Source: Myxococcota bacterium
GTDB lineage: Bacteria > Myxococcota_A > Polyangia > JAAYKL01
NCBI GenBank assembly: GCA_028278265.1
Contig: JANQET010000406.1
Coordinates: forward strand, 3,171-67,170
Length of the DNA: 64,000 nt
Direction: 5' to 3'
This document shows, piece after piece, positions 17,430-26,860 of this stretch. The notes below the pieces were generated by a model that was not told the origin of the DNA, did no database searches, and was given only the letters and a program-made list of their open reading frames with translations. The position numbers were made by a program, and so were the translations under genes. Each line of letters opens with the position of its first letter. Position 1 is the stretch's first letter.

Positions 17430-19229
17430 ATGTTTTTTCGTCTGCCTGCGAGCTTACCTTTTTCCATTCTACTTCTTTGCATCATCTCCTGCGGCCGGAT
17501 TGAATTCGAAAATCTCGATTTCTCGGATGGTGGTGGCACCGGGGATGCTGATACAAACAGCGACGCCGATGTAGACACCGACACTGATACGGATACGGAT
17601 GGGGACACAGATAGTGATGCCGACACAGATAGCGACAGCGATACGGACACAGATGTGGACACGGACACAGATTCAGACACAGATACGGACACAGATTCAG
17701 ACACAGACACAGATAGCGACGGAGACACAGACATCGATACCTGTCCCGATGGTTTTATCTGGAGCGGTACTATCTGCACCGAGGTAAACAACTGTGGGGA
17801 GATCCAAGAGCTAAACAGCAATCTTCCCAGTGGCGACTATTCCATCATTCCCCCCACTGCGCCGCCGCTTCCCGAGGCGGGTTGCACCTATCACACCTAC
17901 AACCACCACGCCTACTATTACTGCGATACCCCCACAGAGTGGGCAACCGCTCGGGACAACTGCCGCCAGGTGGGAATGGAACTGGTCCGGATAAACGATG
18001 GCGATGAGAATATTTTTGTCCACAGCACCATCACGGCGGACTGCTGGTTAGGGGGCAACGACATTGAGAGCGATACCAACTGGTATTGGGTAAACGGCCA
18101 CAATAGCGCCACTCCATTTTGGCAGGGGTGGGCAGATGGCAATGCGGTGGATGGGTTGTACGAGAATTGGGCGCCAACAGAACCCAACGATGGGGCAGAA
18201 GATGAAGATTGTGCCGAGATGATCAGCGGAAGCTCCCAATGGAATGATCGCCCCTGCACCGGATACGATAGACCCTACATGTGCGAGTCCGCGTTTACCC
18301 CAAGAGCGCCCAGTGGCGATTGCCACCATTGGATATACAACCAACACCACTACTATTTCTGTCGCATTGGTCTCTCCTGGGCAGAGGCGCGGGACGCCTG
18401 CCGAGGGGTGGGAATGAATCTGCTGCGCATCGACGACTCTGACGAAAACAGCTTTGTCACCAGTCATCTGGAAGTGAGCACCTGGCACAGCGCCAATGAT
18501 CTGGCAGTGGAGGGGGCATGGCGATTTGCGCAAAACGGCAACCGGGAAGGAGATCAGTTCTGGAGCGGTGGCAGCATCGGCAACGGCGGTTCAGCCGTCG
18601 ATGGGCACTACAGCAACTGGAATACCAATGAGCCCAATGACCCCGGGAACAATGAGAACTGCGGCATGATAGCGGCCACAGGCACCTGGAACGATGGGCT
18701 CTGCACCGATCCGCTTGACTATGTGTGCGAGCAAACCTACTTTGCTATCCCCGCTGCGATTCCGGCTGGCAGCTGCGCCCACATTCCATTTGAAGAGAAA
18801 AACTACTTCGCCTGCGTGGATAAAATGGCCTGGATCGATTCTCGGGACAACTGCCGGGCCGCGCAAATGGAGCTGGTGCGCATCGACAACCCGACAGAAA
18901 ACGCCTTGATAAAAGGCCTCATCGAGTGGCACACCTGGATGGCGGCCAACGATCTCTCTGTGGAAGGGGAATGGCGATATGCTGATAACGGCACCAACGA
19001 CGGCGATCAATTCTGGAGCGGTGGCTCCGTGGGTAGTGGCGGCGTGCCCGTGGGCGGACTCTTCAGCGACTGGTATGTGGATGAACCCAACAATTTGGGC
19101 ACCGCGGAGCACTGCGCCACCATGCAATTCGCCACCCATCAATGGAACGACGACTACTGCACCAATTATGAGAACAACCGGGTTTGCGAAGCAGCCAATC
19201 CCACCCAAACGGTCACCTGTACGTTCTAG
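17430..19229 (+). CDS. secreted lipoprotein with an Asp-Thr/Asp-Ser repeat linker followed by three C-type lectin-like domains (CTLDs)
   Basis: Signal with lipobox ...LLLCIISCG. Repeat [25 protein letters not shown].... Each CTLD shows the motifs W-x-x-A-R-D-x-C, WIG/ND-like, EPN and WND-x-x-C (for example NWAPTEPNDG...WNDRPC). Confidence 0.85.
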   Translation: MFFRLPASLPFSILLLCIISCGRIEFENLDFSDGGGTGDADTNSDADVDTDTDTDTDGDTDSDADTDSDSDTDTDVDTDTDSDTDTDTDSDTDTDSDGDTDIDTCPDGFIWSGTICTEVNNCGEIQELNSNLPSGDYSIIPPTAPPLPEAGCTYHTYNHHAYYYCDTPTEWATARDNCRQVGMELVRINDGDENIFVHSTITADCWLGGNDIESDTNWYWVNGHNSATPFWQGWADGNAVDGLYENWAPTEPNDGAEDEDCAEMISGSSQWNDRPCTGYDRPYMCESAFTPRAPSGDCHHWIYNQHHYYFCRIGLSWAEARDACRGVGMNLLRIDDSDENSFVTSHLEVSTWHSANDLAVEGAWRFAQNGNREGDQFWSGGSIGNGGSAVDGHYSNWNTNEPNDPGNNENCGMIAATGTWNDGLCTDPLDYVCEQTYFAIPAAIPAGSCAHIPFEEKNYFACVDKMAWIDSRDNCRAAQMELVRIDNPTENALIKGLIEWHTWMAANDLSVEGEWRYADNGTNDGDQFWSGGSVGSGGVPVGGLFSDWYVDEPNNLGTAEHCATMQFATHQWNDDYCTNYENNRVCEAANPTQTVTCTF

Positions 19230-19324
19230 CCGCGGAGTCTACCGTAACGCAGAAAGCGTAAAGCCAAAGACTGAGAGATGCTCGGTCTGGGCATCATTCC
19301 CTATTTCTGGCTGACCACATCGTG

Positions 19325-19470
19325 GCCTTTGCATAATCCGCGGCAATCCGCCCAAATCCGCCCAAATCCGTCCCAATCCGTCCCAATCCGTCAATGATTA
19401 TGTCGCAATAATCGATATTTCTCATCGGTAAACGATAAACCTCCGGTCAGTCGGCGCGCTCGATCCCCCC
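19325..19470. repeat. intergenic repeat element, copy B (about 142 bp; 5 tandem 10-mers)
   Basis: See the copy at 1729..1850. Begins at the stop codon of the CTLD gene. Confidence 0.6.
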
Positions 19471-19654
19471 TTGATCAGCTAACCATTAGGATTATCTCAC
19501 TTTTTCAGATAATCTCTTTTTTAGAGAAATATATTGCGTTTTTCTTCAAAAGGAATGATATATGGAAATATATTTGATGCTGTGCTAGTTAATTAACCGT
19601 TATAGGCACGTAAGAAAAAGGACAGGAATAAAGAAAATAGTCGAGAAGATAGCG

Positions 19655-20434
19655 ATGGACAACATTATCTCAAATGAGGCGCTGGAAAGGCTCGATAATC
19701 GAGCTGAACGCGTTCGACAATTGATGACGTCCAGCACGCAAGCTCAAATCACCCAACTCTGGAAACAACTCGATTTCTCACTGATTTATCACGATTGTGC
19801 GCTGGAAGGGCAAGTGGTCAGCTCGGATGAGCTCAATGCGGCGTTCAACGAACGGACGGTGACCGATGCGTCCTCGCTGCAGCTTTACAACGCGCTCCGA
19901 TCGCAGCGACGGGCCGTTGATCTGGTTCGGGAGATGGCCGCTCAAGAACAACTCGTTTTTTCGATCGATTTATTCAAGCAGTTTCACCACCTCTACGTTC
20001 CCTCCGCATCGAACCCGGAAAAAATCAAACACGGCCACTATCGCAAAGAGATTCCCCTACACCGCTCCTATTTTCACGAGATATCCGAGCCCGCGAGAAT
20101 CTCCGGCAACATGCGCCAGCTGATCGCTTGGCTCAACGACCCCGAAGAAGCGTTGGCCCTGCACCCCCTCAAGTGGGTGGCCAAGTTTCACTACCGCTTC
20201 ATGCGCATTTTTCCCTTTGCTGAAACGTCGGGCAAAATCGCCCGGGCGACGATGAACATGGTGCTCATTCGCACCGGCTACCTGCCGGCGATCATCCACG
20301 CCACCGAGCGGCAGCGCTACTACGAGTGCATTCGTCAACCCCTGCCCGAGCTCACCCGGTTGCTGGCGGAATCGGCCAACTCGTCCCTCGACGCGGCAGA
20401 GAAATTCCTGCGCAGACGGGCCAAGGCGTCATAG
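19655..20434 (+). CDS. Fic/Doc-fold protein with a degenerate active-site motif (FPFAETSGKIAR instead of HPFx[DE]GNGRxxR)
   Basis: Overall Fic-domain context ...VAKFHYRFMRIFPFAETSGKIARATMNMVL.... The catalytic His is replaced by Phe and GNG by TSG. Confidence 0.6.
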   Translation: MDNIISNEALERLDNRAERVRQLMTSSTQAQITQLWKQLDFSLIYHDCALEGQVVSSDELNAAFNERTVTDASSLQLYNALRSQRRAVDLVREMAAQEQLVFSIDLFKQFHHLYVPSASNPEKIKHGHYRKEIPLHRSYFHEISEPARISGNMRQLIAWLNDPEEALALHPLKWVAKFHYRFMRIFPFAETSGKIARATMNMVLIRTGYLPAIIHATERQRYYECIRQPLPELTRLLAESANSSLDAAEKFLRRRAKAS

Positions 20435-20466
20435 GGAAACGAACAGGGCGCCGGCGTTCCGGTCTG

Positions 20467-21348
20467 CTAGAGTCTTCGCAAAAACTCCGGACGAATAAAG
20501 GGAGAATCCGGCTTGGCCAGGGCGGTGTCGATCTGTTCGAGCAACCGTGCTTTGTCGGCTTGGAGCTCCCCGGCGAGGGCCAAGTAGTTCGACGCGTGAT
20601 TGGAGCGGAAGGTGATGCCGTCGGCGTGCATGTTTTCGATCAGGACGCGACATTCGGCGAGCGATTCGGCCGCATCCAGAGGCCGCCAATCCGGATCGCC
20701 GAAGACCTCCTCGAAGCTCGGTTCTCTCGGTTCGATCATCAGGGTCAGTGCAGAAGCGTACTTGGGGGTGATCCGGTCGAGAACCTGCGCGGTGGCCACA
20801 GCGTGCTCCTGTGAGAGACGGGGACCGCCCAGCCCCAAAATGCAGGTGATCGACAAATCGATACCCGCCTCGGTCGGCTTGCGGCAGAGCTCAATGATTT
20901 CACGGGAGTCGACCCCCTTGTGAATCCGGCGCAGCACTTCGTCGTGTCCCGATTCCAGCCCCACGTAGAGCATGGTCAGCCCGGCCTCGCGCAGCCCCTT
21001 GAGCTCCTCGACACTCTTCTTTTTGAAATTCTGCGGGCAGGCATACATGGTCACCCGCTTGAGCCCGGTCAGCTCTGCATACAGTTTTTCCAAAATGGCC
21101 AGCAGTTTATTGGAGGACAAGACGAGGGCATCCCCGTCGGCGAGAAACACCCGGTCGACCGACGGAATCTCCCGGCCGGCCCATTCGATTTCGGTAAACA
21201 ACTCCTCCTTGGGGCGCACGCGAAACGGCTTCTGCTGATAACTGACACAAAACGCACAGCGATTGTGCGAACACCCCCAAGTGGCTTGAAAGATGAGTGA
21301 ATGGGCCTCGGACGGTGGTCGGTAGAGCGGCTCTCGATAGCGGATCAC
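20467..21348 (-). CDS. radical SAM domain protein with a non-canonical Cx4Cx2C cluster spacing (WGCSHNRCAFC)
   Basis: Cys triad near the N-terminus and TIM-barrel-like glycine-rich segments (FLADGDALVL, LYVGLESG). Last gene of a three-gene minus-strand operon. Confidence 0.7.
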   Translation of the reverse strand: MIRYREPLYRPPSEAHSLIFQATWGCSHNRCAFCVSYQQKPFRVRPKEELFTEIEWAGREIPSVDRVFLADGDALVLSSNKLLAILEKLYAELTGLKRVTMYACPQNFKKKSVEELKGLREAGLTMLYVGLESGHDEVLRRIHKGVDSREIIELCRKPTEAGIDLSITCILGLGGPRLSQEHAVATAQVLDRITPKYASALTLMIEPREPSFEEVFGDPDWRPLDAAESLAECRVLIENMHADGITFRSNHASNYLALAGELQADKARLLEQIDTALAKPDSPFIRPEFLRRL

Positions 21349-21372
21349 GGTTCCTCGTTCCTCGGCGCTTCG

Positions 21373-22548
21373 CTACTTGCGCATCACTGCGGCAAGTGCC
21401 TGCAATGCCCCGTCGATGGTCTCATCCTTGACGCAGTAGGCGATGCGAAAATACCCGGGTTGGCCGAATCCGGTGCCCGGCACCACCAATACCCGCTTTG
21501 CTTTGAGGGTCTCGATGAAGGCCATGTCATCACCGCCGGGCGCTTTGGGAAAGAGGTAGAACGCCCCACCGGGATAGGGGGTCTGATAGCCCAGCTCGGT
21601 CAAAGCGCTGTAAATTCGGTCTCTCTTTTTGCGGTACCAGTCCAGATCGATCACATCATCCTGCAAGGAGGCCACCACCCGCTGCATCAGCGCCGGTGCG
21701 TTGACAAATCCCAAACAGCGGTTTGCAAACGCCATCCCGGCAAACACCCGCTGCCACCCCTGACACCGGGGGGAGATCAGCAAAAATCCGATGCGCTCCC
21801 CGGGGATGCCCAAATCTTTGGAGTGGCTCGACGCGAAGAGGGTATTTTCATAGGCCTTGAGGGAGCTCGTGCAGAGGTCCATATCGTAAACCAGTTTTCG
21901 ATAGGGCGCGTCATCCAGCAAAAAAATCGGGGCTTCCCGGCCGGCAGAGTGTCGCCGCAGCACGTCTCCCACCTCGTCGAGGGTTTGCTGAGGATAGACC
22001 ACTCCACTGGGATTGTTGGGATTGTTGATCAGCACCACCTTGGTCTTATCGGTGATCGCCGCTTCAATCGCTTGGGGATCGAGATCGAAATCCGCCTTGG
22101 TGTCCACGAAGACCACCTTGCCCCCGTGATTTTCGGCGTAGAACTGGTATTCGACAAAGTAGGGTCGGGAGACGATCACCTCATCGCCTGGGTTGAGCAG
22201 CACTTTCAGCGCCACATTGATCGCCCCTGCCGCGCCGACGGTCATCACCACCTGATCCTTGCTGCAACCATCGAGCCCCGCGTCGCGACCGACCGATTGG
22301 GCGACCGCTTCCCGGGTTTCCTCATACCCGGCATTCGCCATATATTTGTGCGCGCCGGGAACGTTGCCACCCGCCGCATGTTCCAACGCCGTTTTGAACT
22401 TTTGAATCGGCTCCAGATCCGGATTGCCGATGGTCAGGTCATATACCGGCTCGGCGCTCTCCTTGCTCAGTCGCTGGCCCTCTTCGAACAGGTTTCGGAT
22501 CCAGGATCCCCGCTTGAGATACTCGCTTAGCTGTTTGGAAATAGGCAT
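21373..22548 (-). CDS. PLP-dependent aminotransferase, class I/II (Asp/Ala aminotransferase-like)
   Basis: Motifs ...LTIGNPDLEPI..., NAGYEETREAV and SHSKDLGIPGERIGF (PLP-lysine context). Confidence 0.85.
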   Translation of the reverse strand: MPISKQLSEYLKRGSWIRNLFEEGQRLSKESAEPVYDLTIGNPDLEPIQKFKTALEHAAGGNVPGAHKYMANAGYEETREAVAQSVGRDAGLDGCSKDQVVMTVGAAGAINVALKVLLNPGDEVIVSRPYFVEYQFYAENHGGKVVFVDTKADFDLDPQAIEAAITDKTKVVLINNPNNPSGVVYPQQTLDEVGDVLRRHSAGREAPIFLLDDAPYRKLVYDMDLCTSSLKAYENTLFASSHSKDLGIPGERIGFLLISPRCQGWQRVFAGMAFANRCLGFVNAPALMQRVVASLQDDVIDLDWYRKKRDRIYSALTELGYQTPYPGGAFYLFPKAPGGDDMAFIETLKAKRVLVVPGTGFGQPGYFRIAYCVKDETIDGALQALAAVMRK

Positions 22549-22626
22549 CTTCTCACCTCACTTGTGGCTCAGCTAGTGCATCGGTCGCGCCGGCCGAATT
22601 TTCACCGATCTACTGAACAGACGAGG

Positions 22627-23088
22627 TCAATCCGCGCCGGGCGGTCCGTGGAGCGCTTCTCTGAGCGTTTCGGGTAACCGAGTCGGTCGACCATTGGGAT
22701 TGACCACGGCGTGACGGGTGTACCCCCGAACCAGCTCTTTTCCCCCACAGCAGATCACGTACTCGAAGCGGACTTGCGCACGCCCCACATCGGCGACCTT
22801 TGTCTTGATTTCCAACAGATCGTCGTACCGGGCGGGTTTGAGATACTCCGCATGGGCCTCGACGACCGGAAGGCTCAGGCCGCTCTTCTCGACCTGGGAA
22901 TAGGGCATATTGCGAATGCGCATGTAGTGTGCGCGGCCGGTTTCGAACCAGCGAAGATAGGTGGCGTGGTAGACCATACCCATGCCGTCCGTGTCCGCAT
23001 AGAGCACGCGGGCCTGACATTGCGCTGTTTGGTGTTCCCCCGAATTGGCCGTTTCCCCGGTGAATGGCGCACAGGTAGCAGTTCTCAT
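22627..23088 (-). CDS. acyl-CoA thioesterase, 4HBT/YbgC family
   Basis: Hot-dog-fold signature ...YADTDGMGMVYHATYLRWFETGRAHYM.... The start could be up to 12 codons further upstream (23124). Confidence 0.7.
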   Translation of the reverse strand: MRTATCAPFTGETANSGEHQTAQCQARVLYADTDGMGMVYHATYLRWFETGRAHYMRIRNMPYSQVEKSGLSLPVVEAHAEYLKPARYDDLLEIKTKVADVGRAQVRFEYVICCGGKELVRGYTRHAVVNPNGRPTRLPETLREALHGPPGAD

Positions 23089-23140
23089 GTTCGGTCGAAT
23101 ACCACTTGCGCGCTTGTACGGCAAGAAATACTTGGGATGA

Positions 23141-24448
23141 CTAGAATTTTGTAGCGCTGGTGAAATTAAACTCGCTCGCCTTGATCACCGGAACATAGGA
23201 CATGCCCCAGTTGGAGACCAGCTGCGGCCTGCCCACCGCGGTGACCCGGCTCAGCAGGCCGACCGCGCTGTCGTTGAAGCGAAGATTCTTGACCGGGCCC
23301 TTGATCGCTCCGTCTTCCACGAGAAAGGTGCCGTCCCGGGTGGTTCCGGTGTAGAGGTCGCGCATCCGGTCAACGGAACGAATGTACCAAAACCGGGTGA
23401 TCAGCAGTCCCCGTTTGGTCGATTTGATCATCTCCTCGGTGGTGGTGGTTCCCCCGGCGATGATGATGTTGGGGGGATAGCCGGTGAACGTCCGGCCCTG
23501 CTTCTTGGCCCAAAACCGGGAGTACATCAGGTTTTTCACCACGCCGTCGCGAATCCAATCCAGGCGCTGGAGCGGCATGCCTTCATCGTTGAAGGGACGG
23601 GCCGGACAGGCTGCTTCGTGGGGATCGCTGTACAGGTGGATCAGCGGCGCGGCGATCTGGGCGCCATTTTTGCCGCTCATGAAGGTCCGTCCCTCGTCGC
23701 TGGCCTTGGCGTCCAGTTGGTTCCAAATGAACGACGAAATCAGACTTCCCACGGCCGACGGCTCCAAAATGACCTCGTACCGGCCCGGCTCGAGATCCTG
23801 CGGAGCCCGTCCGTTGAGCGCTTTGTCCACCCCCCGCTGGGCAATGGACTCGATGTCGAGGGCCGACACATCGCGGGAGACGCCCTGGGCCCATCCCACG
23901 CTGTCGTCGGAGGTCGCCGAGAAGGTCAGCTCGGCCGAGGTGTTTCGACCGTAGACGAAATGTCCTGCCGAGTTGCCCATCGCCCTCAACCAACCACCGG
24001 TTTCGAACGCGCCGGCACCGGTCAGTCCTTTTTTATCCGCCAGAGTGACGGCTCGGGCGATCGCCGCCGCGCGATCGGTCGGGGTAGCGGTGGCGGTACC
24101 TTCGGACCAGGCGTCGGTCTCCTCTATCTCGGCGGGTTCCACCGGGGGCATGTACTCCGGATCAGGGGGGGTCAGCCGGGCGATATCCTCGGCTTGCTTG
24201 ACGCAGGCGGCGATGGCATCGGGTTTGAGCACATTGGTCGACGACTGGCCCGAGCTGGCACCGAACGTGGCTTCGACAGACAAGGTCAGGTCTCCGCGCA
24301 CCACGTTTTGATTGATCTCACTGTTGGCATATCGCGTGGCGCCGGACTGGAATCCGCTGACATTCACCACGGTGTTGTCCGCGATGGACGCCTTGAGCGC
24401 CCGATCGATCAACGACTGAATGGTCTCTTTTTTCCAATTGTTCATCAT
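23141..24448 (-). CDS. TldD/PmbA-family (peptidase U62) protein, cytoplasmic member of a pair
   Basis: ATG ATG at 24448 preceded by GGAG. U62 family motifs throughout. Confidence 0.85.
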   Translation of the reverse strand: MMNNWKKETIQSLIDRALKASIADNTVVNVSGFQSGATRYANSEINQNVVRGDLTLSVEATFGASSGQSSTNVLKPDAIAACVKQAEDIARLTPPDPEYMPPVEPAEIEETDAWSEGTATATPTDRAAAIARAVTLADKKGLTGAGAFETGGWLRAMGNSAGHFVYGRNTSAELTFSATSDDSVGWAQGVSRDVSALDIESIAQRGVDKALNGRAPQDLEPGRYEVILEPSAVGSLISSFIWNQLDAKASDEGRTFMSGKNGAQIAAPLIHLYSDPHEAACPARPFNDEGMPLQRLDWIRDGVVKNLMYSRFWAKKQGRTFTGYPPNIIIAGGTTTTEEMIKSTKRGLLITRFWYIRSVDRMRDLYTGTTRDGTFLVEDGAIKGPVKNLRFNDSAVGLLSRVTAVGRPQLVSNWGMSYVPVIKASEFNFTSATKF

Positions 24449-24459
24449 TATACTCCGCC

Positions 24460-26103
24460 TCACACCGCGCGTCGCACAGTGATGTTCTTGAATCTGGCCG
24501 GAACGCATTTGTGCGAAATCTGGCTGCTCTGCATCGGATCCCCCTTGCCACAGTAAAACGTGCCGTAGGGCTGCCAGGCCCGTTCGTCGCACAGGGCGTC
24601 GCAGGAGCCCCAGAAATTGGGGGTAATCGCCGAGTAGGTGACATCGCGGAGCATGCGCAGCTTTTTACCGTTCTTGATTTCGAAAAAGGCGTCGCCGCCG
24701 AATTGGAAGTTGAGCCGTTTGTTGTCGATGCTGAACGATCCCGACCCGTCGATCAGGATGCCCCGCTTGGTGTCGGCGATGATGTCATCGAGGGTGGCTC
24801 GCTGCTCGCCGGGCATCAGGCAGATGTTGGCCATGCGCAGGATCGGAATCGACCGCCAGGAATCGGCGCGGCAGGAGCCGTGACTGGTCTTGTGGTTCAT
24901 CGCGTGCACCACTTCCCGATTGCTGGAGTAGCCCACCAGCGTTCCTTGGCGAATGATATCCCAATCCTGACACCTGACCCCATCGTCATCGTAGCCCACC
25001 GACGCGAGCAATCCCGGCGGGGTGTTGAGCGCCTTGATATTGACCTTTTTCGAGCCGTACTCGAGCTTGCCCAACTGGTCGATGGTGGCGAAACTGCCCC
25101 CGGACAAGCTTTCTTCCATTCCGAGCACCCGATCCAGCTCGGTGGCGTGGCCGATGGACTCGTGAATGGTCAACCACAAATGGCTGGGCAGGAGGATCAA
25201 ATCGTACGGTCCGTCCGGCGAGGGGGTAGCCGTCAGCATCTCGACCGCCTCCCGGGCCACCCGCTTTGCGTGATCCGGGAACGCGGCCCCTTTGACGAGC
25301 TCGTAGCCGCCGGCATACGGGGGCGGGCTGTAGCCCCGGGATTTGGCGTCACCCTTTTCCACCGCGGTCGCGCGAATGCCCGATTGCACCCGCAACATAT
25401 CGGTCTCGATCAGCGAGCCGTCACTGTTGGCGATGGTTCTCAGCTCGTTGGAAAAATGCATGTAGGAGCGGGCTTTGCGCACCTTGCCCACCCGGAGCAT
25501 CTTGTCATTGACCGCCAGCAACAGGGCCACTTTTTCGTCACAGGACACCTCGAACGGATCGCTCAATCGGGGCGAGGAAAACTGGTCCTGATGGGGGGGT
25601 TCGTCAGCCAGTGTAATCGGCGGACCTTTGCGCACGGTGGCGCTGGCTTTGCCCACTTCGACCGCAGTGGCCGCCGCCGCTTCCACACCCTCGGGGGACA
25701 GATCCGCAGTGGCGGCAAATCCCCAGGAGCCGTTGGCGATGACGCGAATGCCAATCCCCTGACTCAAGCTGTCAGAGATACCGCTGACCCGTCGGTCTTC
25801 GGTCGAAACGTACTGGTCGCGCTCGATCATCACCCGGGCGTCGGCAAAGGTGGCCCCCAGACGCTGGGCCACGGCCACAGCGCTCTGTGCGAGATCGCGA
25901 ATCGCCGATGGGGGCAAGGCCAACTGATCGGCAGTCCGACCCATCAGGGTGCCGGAAGCCCCTGTTTGGAGTCCCGGACCACAACCGGTCGAAAGCGCCC
26001 CTGGCACACCGGCCGAGACCGCGGCAAGGCCCATCGCCTTGAGCGCCTCACGTCGACTGAACGCACCAAACGGACGGTGCTTGATCTTCTTGCTCATCTT
26101 CAA
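24460..26103 (-). CDS. TldD/PmbA-family (peptidase U62) protein with an N-terminal twin-arginine (Tat) signal
   Basis: SRREALKAMGLAAVSAG... Tat motif. AAGGAG RBS. Paralogous to the downstream gene. Confidence 0.85.
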   Translation of the reverse strand: MKMSKKIKHRPFGAFSRREALKAMGLAAVSAGVPGALSTGCGPGLQTGASGTLMGRTADQLALPPSAIRDLAQSAVAVAQRLGATFADARVMIERDQYVSTEDRRVSGISDSLSQGIGIRVIANGSWGFAATADLSPEGVEAAAATAVEVGKASATVRKGPPITLADEPPHQDQFSSPRLSDPFEVSCDEKVALLLAVNDKMLRVGKVRKARSYMHFSNELRTIANSDGSLIETDMLRVQSGIRATAVEKGDAKSRGYSPPPYAGGYELVKGAAFPDHAKRVAREAVEMLTATPSPDGPYDLILLPSHLWLTIHESIGHATELDRVLGMEESLSGGSFATIDQLGKLEYGSKKVNIKALNTPPGLLASVGYDDDGVRCQDWDIIRQGTLVGYSSNREVVHAMNHKTSHGSCRADSWRSIPILRMANICLMPGEQRATLDDIIADTKRGILIDGSGSFSIDNKRLNFQFGGDAFFEIKNGKKLRMLRDVTYSAITPNFWGSCDALCDERAWQPYGTFYCGKGDPMQSSQISHKCVPARFKNITVRRAV

Positions 26104-26166
26104 ACTCCTTATTATCCGCGCTTTTTAAGGAACCCACTTGTCACAAATTGGCCTAAACTCTACCGC

Positions 26167-26826
26167 CTAAACAACAACGCGACAAGGCATCTTCGCTCCA
26201 TCGATCCTGGCGACCACCCGCACCGGTGAGGAGTCGGCGTCCAATTTGAGGGGGAAGGCGAAGAGCTCGACCCGATCCCGGTTGACCAACTCCGCCAGAC
26301 CACAGAGGTTCTCCAGGATGCAGATGCCCGCCTCGAAGAATTTCCGATGCGCGGGGTAGGGCGGTTTGTCCGGCGAGGGTGAATCCACGCCGATGATCTT
26401 GATCTGCCGCTCGACCAAGTAGTCGACCAAGCCCTCATCGATCACCGGATAGTCGGTAAAGTACCGCTCGGATCCCCAATAGCGATCGAAACCGGTGCGA
26501 AACAAGACGATATCCCCGGCGGATATGCGCTGTTCCATTTGTGTGGTCCGGACGATGGGATCCGCCTTCGAGCCGTCGAACACCACGGCGTTGCCCGCGA
26601 ATCGATCAATCGGGAAATCGGCTACGAATCCGGGCCGAGGCAAAAAATGCAACGGCGTGTCCAGATGGGTCCCGCTGTGAACATTCATCGACACCTGATA
26701 ATTCGAATAGTTGTCGACGTCGATGTGGCGGTATTGTTCCACAGTCACAGCAGATTCACCGGGAAACACCGGCGTTCGGGAATTCAACCGTTGGGTCAAA
26801 TCAACCCACGAGCTGTCGCTTTTCAT
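26167..26826 (-). CDS. cyclase-family protein (kynurenine formamidase-like)
   Basis: HSGTHLDTPLH metal-binding motif (HxGTHxDxPxH). Confidence 0.8.
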   Translation of the reverse strand: MKSDSSWVDLTQRLNSRTPVFPGESAVTVEQYRHIDVDNYSNYQVSMNVHSGTHLDTPLHFLPRPGFVADFPIDRFAGNAVVFDGSKADPIVRTTQMEQRISAGDIVLFRTGFDRYWGSERYFTDYPVIDEGLVDYLVERQIKIIGVDSPSPDKPPYPAHRKFFEAGICILENLCGLAELVNRDRVELFAFPLKLDADSSPVRVVARIDGAKMPCRVVV

Positions 26827-26860
26827 CAGACGATCCTTTTTTTATTCACCACCGCAACGC

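Noticed and set aside
24511-26229. 572-aa plus-strand ORF
   Set aside because: It is antisense to the TldD/PmbA gene 24460..26103, which has clear family motifs and a Tat signal. It is a typical GC-rich shadow ORF. The same applies to 21301..22530 (+) against the aminotransferase, 27098..28090 (+) against citrate synthase, 35110..35994 (+) against the LysM peptidase, and 55696..56922 (-) and 62305..62850 (-) against the S8 proteases.
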